Assembly: GCF_009914755.1 (NCBI RefSeq)
Contig: NC_060926.1
DNA from: the human T2T-CHM13v2.0 reference genome, Homo sapiens
Length of the DNA: 64,000 bases
Direction: 5' to 3' (one strand)
The notes under the pieces were generated by a model. It was given only the letters and a program-made list of their open reading frames with translations, made no database searches and was not told the DNA's origin. Every line of letters starts with the position of its first letter. Position 1 is the first letter of the stretch. The translations under genes were made by a program, and so were the position numbers. Shown here piece by piece: positions 13,816 to 23,980 of the stretch.

Positions 13816-14245
13816 TGACAGAGATGATAAATTCCTCTTCAAAAGGTTTTAATTCCCAGTTCTTCCACTTCGTTTTTCTGGTTTCTGTAGTTATCCATGC
13901 TATAACTAACCCTTCCTGCCCTTGCCGCGCCCTGACATGCCTAGACATGTCTTACGCCATAACGCATAGCCTTCCCCTTCCCGCCTAGATATCTGTGTTC
14001 AATTACAAACAGCAGCCAATCGAGTCAGTTTAGATTGTGCAGTCCAACCCTAGCCAATAGGGGAAAGACACAACAGTAGGGACCAGCTGTTAGGAATAAG
14101 AACCCCTTTCCCTCCCTTGTCCAGTGTGCTCTTGCCATTGCTCCATCCGCGAGACACACCCTTCTACAGAAGTAAATTGCCTTGATGAGAAAACTTTTGC
14201 CTGAGTATATTTTCACTTTGTGACACCAAGCATTTACTTCCAACA
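13816..14245 (+). mobile_element. 5' LTR (430 bp, LTR10-family, LTR10B-like)
   Basis: Starts tgacag directly after the TSD, ends ccaaca before the PBS; homologous to 21384-21686; CCAAT boxes at 14016 and 14054; AGTAAA polyA-type signal at 14171. Confidence 0.88.
13933..13952. promoter_or_regulatory. p53 response element in 5' LTR
   Basis: TGACATGCCT-AGACATGTCT = 19/20 match to RRRCWWGYYY x2, no spacer, CATG cores. LTR10 subfamilies are known carriers of p53 sites. Confidence 0.8.
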
Positions 14246-14248
14246 ATT

Positions 14249-14266
14249 TGGGGGCCCACCCAGGAT
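14249..14266 (+). other. Primer binding site, tRNA-Pro type
   Basis: TGGGGGCCCACCCAGGAT vs Pro PBS TGGGGGCTCGTCCGGGAT (14/18; two mismatches at CpG positions), 3 nt after the LTR. Confidence 0.75.
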
Positions 14267-14885
14267 TCCCATTCTCCTCCGGGGAACCGGTCTCTGGTCA
14301 CTTCTTGTGGGGAGGCGCATCCCATTGCCTTGTTGCAGTGGCCTCAGTGTGAGAGATTGGAACCCATCCAGTGCAACAAATAAACCCAGACTCTCAGCAA
14401 CAAGAAAAGATACAGGCCAGCAGCTTGGCAAAAGGATTCTCACATGCTGCAGCAACCAGGTAACTCTGCACAGACCAAGGTAAGAAATGTTGCAGGGGTG
14501 ACAAAGTATCTCCTTGGTGGTTGGGATATTCTGGAGGATGAAAGTGTGTGTGAATGATCACAAGCACTACTGCTTGCGGTGCTGCTTGTGTGAATGGTAC
14601 CAAGCACTACTGCTGTGCAGAGTGAGTGGGTCCTATCTGCAGTTCTGTGGTCACTTCATACAGCTTAGGGCGGATCCTGCTGTGGGTTTCATACCGGCAT
14701 GCCAATGCCAAGAGGGGCCTAAATTCCCACGAGGGAAGTAGCCAGAGTGGACAAAGCAAAAGAAGGATGCAAGGATCCTCCAGGAGGCGGGGTTAAAGGA
14801 TAGGCAAGAAATCTCTAATACAAGGGACTGAGCCTTAACAAGCCTCCAGAGAATAGGCAAGAAGTCTCTAATACTAGGACCTGAC

Positions 14886-16541
14886 ATGGGAAATACCCTA
14901 AGCAAGACAAGGAGTAAAAAGGATAAAGGTAGCAGTAAAGATATTGCCCCGATAGTCCCCTAGGTCTCATGTTAAAAGACTGGAAAGATAATGAGAAGAC
15001 TAAACATAAGCAGCAGCAATTACTGTTTTATTTGGACTCAGGGACCCATCCTCAAACCCTCAATCTTCTGGCCAAAGTTTAGGTCAAATGAGAGTGCGAT
15101 GTGTCAGCTTTTGATTCAATATGTCAATGATAAAAGCCCAGCTTCTTAAGAGGAAATGGACTATGCTCTTTGTTGGAGGCAGGGACCTGTCCTCCTTTTT
15201 CCCTTTGAGACAACTAGGAAAGAACCTGATCTAGCATCACAAAAGGAAAAATTAGGTAAGTTAGTTCCAATGCTCAAAGACTCCAGCACATGGGATCCCC
15301 TAGACCATCTTCCCCCACTCAGTGACCCCAACCCCTCTCCTCAGGCAGCCGCTGCTGCCCCAGATCCCACTCTAGATCCTTCACCTACTCATGTTACTCC
15401 TCCTCCTTACAATCCTGACTTTTAGAAATTATCATCCCAGGAGCCTGTCCCCTATCAGCCTAAGGACCCCTCCCTAAAGGGACTCCAGTGTGAAATAGAG
15501 CAATGTAAAAAGGATATCCAGAACTTCCCTTTCCCCTCTACAACTCAAGAGTCAGCCCCTGCTCTCTTTCCCTTAAGAGAAATGCCATAAAGAGGGGGAA
15601 CCATTGGCTCCGTGAATGCTCCCTTAATCAGTTCAGAGGTCCAGAATTTAAAGAAAGAGCTTAAGCCACTGCAAGATGTCCCTTATGGAGTGACAGATCA
15701 AACTGATCAATTTTTAGGACCTCAGTTATACACTTGGGTAGAGTTAATGTCCATCTTGGACATCCTCTTTTCAGGAAAAGAAGGGAGTGTGATTCGTAGG
15801 GCTGCTATGGTAATTTGGGAACGTGAGTGTCCTCCCAGTCAAAAAGTTCCTACTGTGAACCAGAAATTCCCCGCCCGAGACCCCCAGTTGGACAATAAAA
15901 ACATGCAGGACCTAAGGGAGATGATAATAAAAGGAATTCAGGAATCAGTACCCCAAACCCCAAATCTCTCTAAAGCATTTGATATATAACAAAAAAAAAG
16001 GATGAAGGGCCTATGAGATTCCTAAATAGACTGAAAGAGCAAATGAGACAATATGCAGGCCTCAATTTAGAAGATCCCCTTGGGCAAGGAATATTAAAAC
16101 TCCAATTTGTCACTAGAAGATGGCCAGACATCTCAAAAAAAATTACAAAAGTAGAAAATTGGGAAGACCATCTCCTAAGTGAACTTCTCAGGGAAGCTCA
16201 AAAAGTATATGTGAGAAGACATGAAGAAAAGCAAAAACAAAAGACAAAACTTATGTTATCCACCTTCCAACAGATGACTCCAAACCCATATACTTCTAAA
16301 CAGAGCTTCAAGGGGCCAGAACCATAAAGGGTCCAAATACTCCTTTAAAGGACTAAGGACCTTGTTTACCAGGCCCTCTAAAGAGTATGGGGAAGCAAAG
16401 TCAAAGAATCCCAGAACTGAGAGGGGGTAAGGGCAAGATAGGTGCTACAAATGTAGAAGAACAGGCCACTTCAAGACAGAATGTCCTGAATTTAAAAAGG
16501 AGAAAGAAGCCCTTCCACTCATGACTTTCGAGGAAGAATAC
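14886..16541 (+). pseudogene. ERV gag (disrupted)
   Basis: MGNTLSK myristoylation-type start, PPPY late domain (~15399-15410), capsid-like ORF pieces 15612-16327, zinc knuckle CYKCRRTGHFKTEC at 16443-16484. Confidence 0.88.
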
Positions 16542-19500
16542 GGGGGTCAGGGGCCCTGTCTCTTTTATCTTGAGTCCCACCAGGAGCCCTTGATAAATCT
16601 AGAAGCGGGACCTAAGCATGAGCTTATCACCTTTTTGGTCAATTCAGGGGTGGCTCATTCCTGTTTGTTTCCCCCCATCTAATATTGCCTACAGAACTTT
16701 TGGTAACTGGGGTAAAAAGAGAAGGATTTAAAGAAAAATTTTAAAAAACACAGAAGTCAGATACCAGGATCGATCAGCTCATATTCAGTTTTTGTTAATC
16801 CCTGAGGCAGGGACTAATTTATTAGGGAGGGATTTAATGCTGAAGTTAGGCATAGGCCTACAAGTCAGCCCAAGAGGATTCCTCATCTCTTTAACCTATT
16901 CATCACTGCAGATGAAAAATACATTAATCCTAATGTCTGGTCCAAAGAGGAGAACTGAGGGAAACTCCGAGTCTCCCCAGTCCACGTCAAGGTAAAACCC
17001 CCCGGGGAAGTTGTAAGGAGGAAACAATACCCCATATCCAGAGGACATGATAGGGTCGAAACCTATAATTAAAGGTCTTATTAAAGATGGGCTTTTTGAG
17101 CCCTGTATGTCCCCTTATAACACCCCAATATTGCCAGTCAAGAAATCAGACGGATCATACCGGCTGGTACAGGACCTTAGAGCTATTAATCAAATAGTCC
17201 AAACTACCCACCCCGTTGTCCCCAGTTCTTACACCATTCTCAGCAACATTCCATTTAATCATCAATGGTTTACTGTAATAGATTTAAAGGATGCTTTTTG
17301 GGCACGTCCCCTGGCTGAAGACAGTCGAGATATATTTGCTTTTGAGTGGGAAGGTCCCCATTCAGGGCGGAAACAACATTATCGATGGACAGTCTTACCC
17401 TAAGGGTTCACAGACTCCCCTAACCTTTTTGGTCAAATTTTAGAACAAGTATTAGAAAAAGTTGTCATCCCAAAACAAATATGCCTACTCCAATATGTTG
17501 ATGATATTCTTATATCTGGTGAGGACATACAGAAAGTAACTGGCTTCTCTACACATATTCTTAACCATTTGCAGTTCAAGGGGTTACGAGTCTCAAAGGA
17601 AAAGCTTCAGTATGTGGAGCCTGAAGTTAAATATTTAGGCCACTTGATAAGTGCAGACTAGGGCCCGAACAAGTTGAGAGAATTGTGTCCCTACCCTTGC
17701 CTCAAACTAAACAAGAACTCAGGAAATTTTTAGGGTTAGCTGGATGTTGCCACTTATGGATTAACTCATATGCACAGTAAACTTTCATATCAAAAACTTC
17801 CCCAGGGGAAGCCTGACCATCTCCTGTGGACTTCTGAGGAAGTCGATCAGGTCAAAGAGCTGAACGAAAGGCTCATAACTGCCCCTGTCTTAGCCTTACC
17901 TTCCCTAGAAAAGCGTACCACCTTTTTGTGAACATGGATAATGCGGTAGCTTTGGGAGTGCTTACTCAAGAACACAGTGGCTGTCGGCAGCCCGTGGCCT
18001 TCCTGTCAAAAGTCTTAGATCTAGTTACTTGTGGATGGCCTCAATACATCCAATCCATTACAGCTACAGCAGTATTGGTCAAAGAAACCAAAAACTTAAC
18101 CTTTGGAGAAAAATTGACAGTAAGCACGCCCCACTAAGTTAGAACTATCTTAAATCAGAAAGCAGGGAGGTGGCCTGCTGACTCAAGAATCTTAAAAGTA
18201 TATGAGGCTATTCCGTTAAAAAAAAAAAGCTGATTTAACATTAACCACTGATAATTTGCTTAACCCAGCAGGTTTCCTAACAGGGGATCCAAATCTAAAG
18301 AAAAAACACACAGGTTTAGATTTAATCGATTACCACACAAATGTCTGACCAGACCTAGGAGAAACTCCCTTCAGGACAGGAGGACACTTATTATAAATGG
18401 TTCCTCCCAGGTGATTGAGGGAAAAAGACACAATGGGTATTCAGTAATTGACAGAAAAACTCTCAAAGAAAGAGAGCCAAAAAAATTGCCCAGTGATTGG
18501 TCTGCCCAAACTTGCGAGCTGTTCGCACTCAGCCAAACCTTAAAGTACTTGCAGAACCAGAAAAGACCCATCTGTACAGATTCTAAGTACACCTTTTGAG
18601 TGGCTCATACATTTTGAAAAATTTAGACTGAACGAGGCCTCATTAATAGTAAAGGTCAAGACCTTGCTCATAAGGAGCTAACCACTCAAGTATTGAATAA
18701 CCTTCAGTTGCCAGAAGAAATACCTATTGTCCACATCCCCAGACACCAGAAAAGCCTTTCTTTCGAAAGTCGAGGAAATAACCTAACAGATCAGATAGCC
18801 AAACAGGCTGCCGTTTCCTCTAAAACACCTATTTTTCACTTAACTCCTTACCTTCCTCCTCTTACCGTGATCCCCCTTTTTCTTCTAATGAAAAAAAAAA
18901 ACCCTAATAACAATAGGTGCTAAAGAGAATTCAGAAGGAAAACGGATGTCGCCAAACCAGAGAGAAATGTTATCCAAACCCCTTATGAGGGAAATCTTAT
19001 CCTAACTGCATCAAGAGATCCATTGGGGGCCCCAAGCCATGTGTGACGGAGTCCTCAGTTTATGGGAGCACAGAAATTTATACCCTGGCCAAACAGGTTA
19101 CAGACAGTTGCTTAGTTTGTAAGAAAACTAATAAACTATAAAAAGATTACCCCTTATGGGAAGGAGTCCAGGCTTCAGTCCATTCCAAAGTATCCAGATT
19201 GATTACACAGAGATGCCTCCAACAGGGCGTCTAAAATACATACTAGTGACAGATCACCTCAGTCACTGGGTCGAAGCTATCCCTTTTCAAATGCAACAGC
19301 CAATAATGTAGTTAAAGCCTTTACTAAAAATATAGTGCCTAGGTTTGGGTTAATAGAAAATGCTGACTCAGACAGTGGAACCCATTTTACCACACACATC
19401 ATTAAAAAGCTATCCCAAACACTAGACATTAGATGGGAATATCATACTCCTTGACACCCACCTTCATCACGGAGGGTAAAAAGAATGAATCAAACTCTGA

Positions 19501-20009
19501 AGAACCACTTAACCAAGTTGGTTCTGGAGAATTGATTACCATGGACCAAATGTCTTCCTATTGCCCTGTTAAGAATCCAAACTGCCCCTTGGAAAGATAT
19601 TCATCTTTCCCCTTACGAGATGCTCTATGGAATGCCTTATTTACACTCCATTGCGGACATTCCTACCTTTGAAACAAAAGACCAATTCCTTAAAAATTAT
19701 ATACTTGGTATATCTTCTACTTTCTCTCCTCTTAAAACCAAAGGTCTCCTAGCACAGGCACTGTCCCTGGAGTTCCCAGTACATCAACATCAGCCTGGGG
19801 ATCACGTCCTCATCAAAAACTAGGACGAAAAGCTCAAACTGGCCTGGAAAGGACCATACCTAGTGCACCTAACTACTGAAACCACAGTCCAGACAGCAAA
19901 AAAAGGATGGACCCATCACACCCGAGTCAAAAAAGTGCCGCCCCCTCCAGAGTCATGGGCCATAGTCCCAGGGGAAAACCCTACCAAACTAAAGCTAAGG
20001 AAAATTTAA
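16542..20009 (+). pseudogene. ERV pro-pol (protease, RT, RNase H, integrase; disrupted)
   Basis: Protease FLVNSG (catalytic D to N) and NLLGRD; RT SPYNTPILPVKKSDGSYRLVQDLRAINQ, LP*G, YVDD (17494-17505); RNase H TDSKY; integrase WKGPYLV. Confidence 0.92.
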
Positions 20010-21383
20010 CTCTCTTTCATCTATTCTATTACTCCTTCTTCTTTCCTCTCTATTGCTGATCACCTCATTATTAATGTAACCGAGTCAATTTCGCCTCAAA
20101 CTATTATATTTGATGCTTGCCTTGTTATACCCTGTGGAGACTTGACACGTCGAAGACAGCTCTCCACTCCAAAAAAGTACCTCTGTCCTTCCTGGCTCTG
20201 CTCAGACTGGATATTAGTGAATCGGGATCATTTAGTCTGGAAAGGTTTCAATAAAGACCCCAATGTCAACTGGGAGTATTGCCCCCCACACCCCGCCAAG
20301 ACAGAGCTTTTATGCTGCAGTTGGTCCAATGTTCTGTAGACCAATAAAGAGCACAGATGGACTGCCCCAACCAGTAGTTGTAAACGTTCTGTAGACCACT
20401 AAAGAGCACGGATAAACTGCCCCAACCAGTAGCTGTAATTTCCTAAAGCCATACATTCACTTTACTAAAGAAACAGCTTCCCCTAGCTGTGAGCTAAACC
20501 AGTACTGTCCAATACAGGTTATTATCTCAAACCCTCCAAGTTCTTCCCCTTCTATAAGCCGGTTCCCTTCTTTAAGCCAGTTTTATGGCATGGGGGCTGA
20601 GGTTTCAGGAACAGAACCTATTGGATCCTTTGAAATATGCTGCATTGATCCCCTACTGCCTACACTTTCCCCTAAGCCTTCTTCCAAAACCTCTCACAAC
20701 AAAACTATTGCTCCTCCTCCATCTAATGAAAAGACCAAGGTAGCTATTGTAGAAGTTAAAGACCTAAAACAAACTTTGGCAACTGAGACAGGATATCAAG
20801 ATGTGAATGCTCTTAAATTTAAAACTCGAGATCAAATAGCTGCAGGATTTGAGTCAATATTTTTGTGAGTGACAACTAATAAAAACGTAGATTGGATAAA
20901 TTACATTTATTATAATCAGCAGTGGTTTATAATTACACCATGGATGCTGTCAAAGGGTAACAGAACAATTGGGGCCCACTAGCCAGATGGCCTGAGAAAA
21001 CAGAATGGCCCTAGATATATTAGCCAAAATAGGGGATGTTTGTGTTATGATTAAAATTCACTGTTGTACCTTTATCCCAAACAACACTGACCCCACTGGG
21101 AACATAATAAGCGTCTTACAAAGACTTACCGCTTTATCCAATGAACTAACTAAAAATTCTGGAGTCGATAACCCTTTCTCAACATGGCTAGAGAGGTAGT
21201 TCAGTAAATGAAAAGGAATCATAGCCTCAATCCTTCTCTTACAGCCATTATAGGTGTGCTCATTCTTACAGGATGCTGTATCATACCCTGTACTCATAGT
21301 TTAGTGCAAAGACTTATAAAAACAGCTCTCACCAAAACCTTCCTCAGCTCTCCTCCACCTTATTCAGATAAACTCTTCCTTCT
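19907..21383 (+). pseudogene. ERV env (disrupted, internally deleted, 3'-truncated)
   Basis: Hydrophobic signal-like stretch near 20010-20055, ISD-like ENRMALD, CX6CC (21041-21067), TM anchor AIIGVLILTGCCIIPC, tail PPPYSDKLFLL fused to the LTR. Confidence 0.88.
20329..20438 (+). repeat. 55-bp tandem duplication inside env
   Basis: 20329-20383 vs 20384-20438, 6 mismatches by eye. Confidence 0.9.
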
Positions 21384-21686
21384 CCTAGACATGCATTGTG
21401 TCATAATGGATAGCCTTTCCCTTCCAGCCTAGACAGCTGGGTCCAATTTCAAACATTAGTCAACTGGGTCACTTTAGATTGTGCGGTCCAACCCTAGCCA
21501 GTAGGGGAAAGACACAACAGTGGGGACCAGCTGTGTTAAGAATAAGAACCTCTTCCCCTCCCTTGTCCATCTCACGATTGCTCCATCTGCAAGACACACC
21601 CTTCTACAGAAGTAAACTGCCTTGCTGAGAAAACTTTTGCCTGAGTGCTATTTTCACTTTGCAACACTGAACATTCACTTCCAACA
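21384..21686 (+). mobile_element. 3' LTR, missing the first ~125 bp of U3
   Basis: Homology to the 5' LTR begins only at cctagacatg (5' LTR position 13940) and ends ccaaca followed by the TSD ATCA. Confidence 0.88.
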
Positions 21687-21783
21687 ATCACATCTCTAAT
21701 AACTGCTAAGTACAACTAACTTGCTTAAAATAAGTGATACATAATGTACAAGTACTTGACCAGACAGCGAAAGAAGGCAAATA

Positions 21784-21992
21784 CAGGTTGAGAGGCCTTT
21801 ATACAGAATGCTTGACACCAGACTGGGATTTTTTCAGATTTGCAGATATTTGCCTTTTTACCTACTGGTTGAGCATCCCTAATTCAAAAATCTGAAACAT
21901 TCCAATGAGCATTTATTTCGAGTGTCATGTTGGCACTCAAAGTTTTAGATTTTGGAGCATTTCTGGTTTCCAGATTACAGATACTCAACCTG
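21784..21992. mobile_element. Tigger4a/MER46-like TcMar MITE
   Basis: TA-caggttgag ... ctcaacctg-TA terminal inverted repeats. Confidence 0.78.
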
Positions 21993-22296
21993 TATAAAAT
22001 ATTCATAGCCACTAGATTTCCAAATGTACGGAAATACCATAACAACCAAATCAGCAGTTAGAAGACAAAAATGAGTTCAAAATGGCATCTCAGGAATGAC
22101 CTCCTTGAGAGCAGGGCATACATCACCTGTACACTAGGTACCACACCCAAGATACTTAAATGTGTACTGAATAAAAGAAAAATAAAGGTAAGGAAAAAAA
22201 TAAGAATGAGACTGATAATTTCTACTTGGAATGTCATCTATTAATTCCTACTTATAAACCTTCACAACATGGACCTATTTCTCTAGGTTAAAAACA

Positions 22297-22572
22297 GGTT
22301 GGGCAAGGCGGCTCATGCCTGTGATCCCAGCACTTTAGGAGGCCAAGGCAGGAGAATCACTTGCGCCTTGGAGTTCGAGACCAGCCTGGCCAACATGGCG
22401 ATACCCTGACTCTACTAAAAATACAAAAATTACCTAGGCATGGTGGCACGCACCTGTGATTCCAGCTACTTGGAGAACCTGGGAGGATGAGGTTGCAGTA
22501 AGTGGAGATTGCACCATTGCACTCCAGCCTGGGTGACAGACACTCTGTCTCAAAACAAACAAACAAACAAAC
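22297..22572 (+). mobile_element. Alu SINE (small right-arm deletion)
   Basis: Alu dimer with (CAAA)n tail. Confidence 0.92.
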
Positions 22573-22619
22573 CCCAAAATCCCTAGTACACTGCTATGGT
22601 GTAGCATATGTACCAAATC

Positions 22620-22911
22620 TTTTTTTTTTTTTTTGAGACAGTTTTGCTATTGTTGCCTAGGCTGGAGTGCAATAGCGCGATCTCAGCTCACTGAGACCTC
22701 CACCTCCCAGGTTCAAGCAATTCTCCTGCCTCAGCCTCCCAAGTAGCTGAGATGAGTAGCGCCACCATGTCCCGCTAATTTTTGTATTTTTAGTAGAGAT
22801 GGGGTTTCACCATGTTGGTTAGGCTGGTCTCAAACTTCTGACCTGAAGTGATCCATCCACCTCGGGCTCCCAAAGTGCTGAGATTACAGGCATGAGCCAC
22901 CGTGCCTAGCC
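22620..22911 (-). mobile_element. Alu SINE, tail-to-tail with the preceding Alu
   Basis: Reverse Alu dimer; TSD-like caaatcttt on both sides. Confidence 0.93.
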
Positions 22912-23819
22912 TCAAATCTTTACTATCTATTAATACTACTATTAGTCTTATCATGATATTCAACAAGCCTAATTTAAAAATCAAAGGTTAATCTATTGAC
23001 TTGTTTCCTCTTTTGATCCACTATCTAATGAATACATTCATTGCACTACACAAGCTGTTTCGTTTATGCATATGTGTGTTAACACTAACTTATTTTGATG
23101 TTGCCTTTTTCTCCTAAAGAGCAAACTAAAAGAATAAAGGGCCCTAATTCAGCATTTCTCACAAAATGCTAATTTCATACAATGTGCTACACAAAGCAAA
23201 ACAAATGCTTTATGTGGGAGATTTATGGGGGAGATGGTCAAATAAGACAGAAATACTAAGTAAAAATTGTAAAAGGCTTCTGCAAGACTTCTCATCACTT
23301 TAGTAAATATTATGCCTTGTGAATTTCAAAAGGGGAGCAGGGGATGCCGGTCATTCTTCTCAACTGATGTGGTCCTCCTTAGATCTTTCCACACTAAGTT
23401 TGTGAATAGATGAGCTCATATTTAAATGAACTGCTATCTAAAGATAATGAAAATAAACGTATTTGTAGTCTCACTATTAACATTTGTCAAAAATCTAACC
23501 ACATTGAGTCAAGAATTTACAGACATTAGGTCTGAGTTAAGATATTTTTTAAAAGTACTTGCTTGAGTCATCCACATGTACCCAGAAGTTACCCAGATTC
23601 AAGAATTATGAGCAGATGACCTAAAAAACAAAAATTCTATCTCTTTTTTGTCACTGGCTAATGCCCAATTCAATGGCATGGATCCTGTAGCTACTCAAAA
23701 GGAAGGGTAATTCAGAAGGAACAGCAACAAATAAATTTGTCAAATCAGTCAGGTAAGTCTAAGGTACCAATACACTAAATTTCTCTGCAAGGCCTATATC
23801 CTACTTTGTTATTTTTTCC

Positions 23820-23980
23820 TCTACATTACCTCTACATTACTTATAATACCTTACACAATGTAAATGCTATAAAAGTTATTATACTTTATTTTTAAAAATT
23901 TGTATTTTTTTGTTGTTGCTTTTTTAAAGACTATTTTCCATCGCAGTTGCTTGAATCTCTGGATACAGAGGGTCGACTGC
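23820..23980. mobile_element. MER2-like fragment
   Basis: tacttataatacc...acaatgtaaatgctat...ggatacagagggtcgactg resembles the MER2 copies at 45211 and 49201. Confidence 0.6.

Larger units (their letters stand above)
13816..21686 (+). mobile_element. Defective class I (gamma-like) endogenous retrovirus, HERV-I/HERV-IP10 group with LTR10-family LTRs, antisense in PRPF40A intron 2
   Basis: TG...CA termini, 4-bp TSD ATCA (13812-13815 / 21687-21690), paired LTRs, tRNA-Pro-like PBS, gag CCHC knuckle, RT YVDD, integrase GPY motif, env CX6CC; many stops and frameshifts. Confidence 0.93.

Noticed and set aside
14545-14884. Short direct repeats in the ERV leader (gtgtgaatg...caagcactactgct x2; ataggcaagaa.tctctaatac x2)
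   Set aside because: Ordinary retroviral leader repeats; not a CRISPR-like array (two copies each, eukaryotic context).
14886-21432. Possible intact or domesticated ERV protein (syncytin-like env, active RT)
   Set aside because: All genes are fragmented; the longest piece is 125 aa, protease Asp is mutated, RT LPQG is stopped, and env has several stops and deletions.
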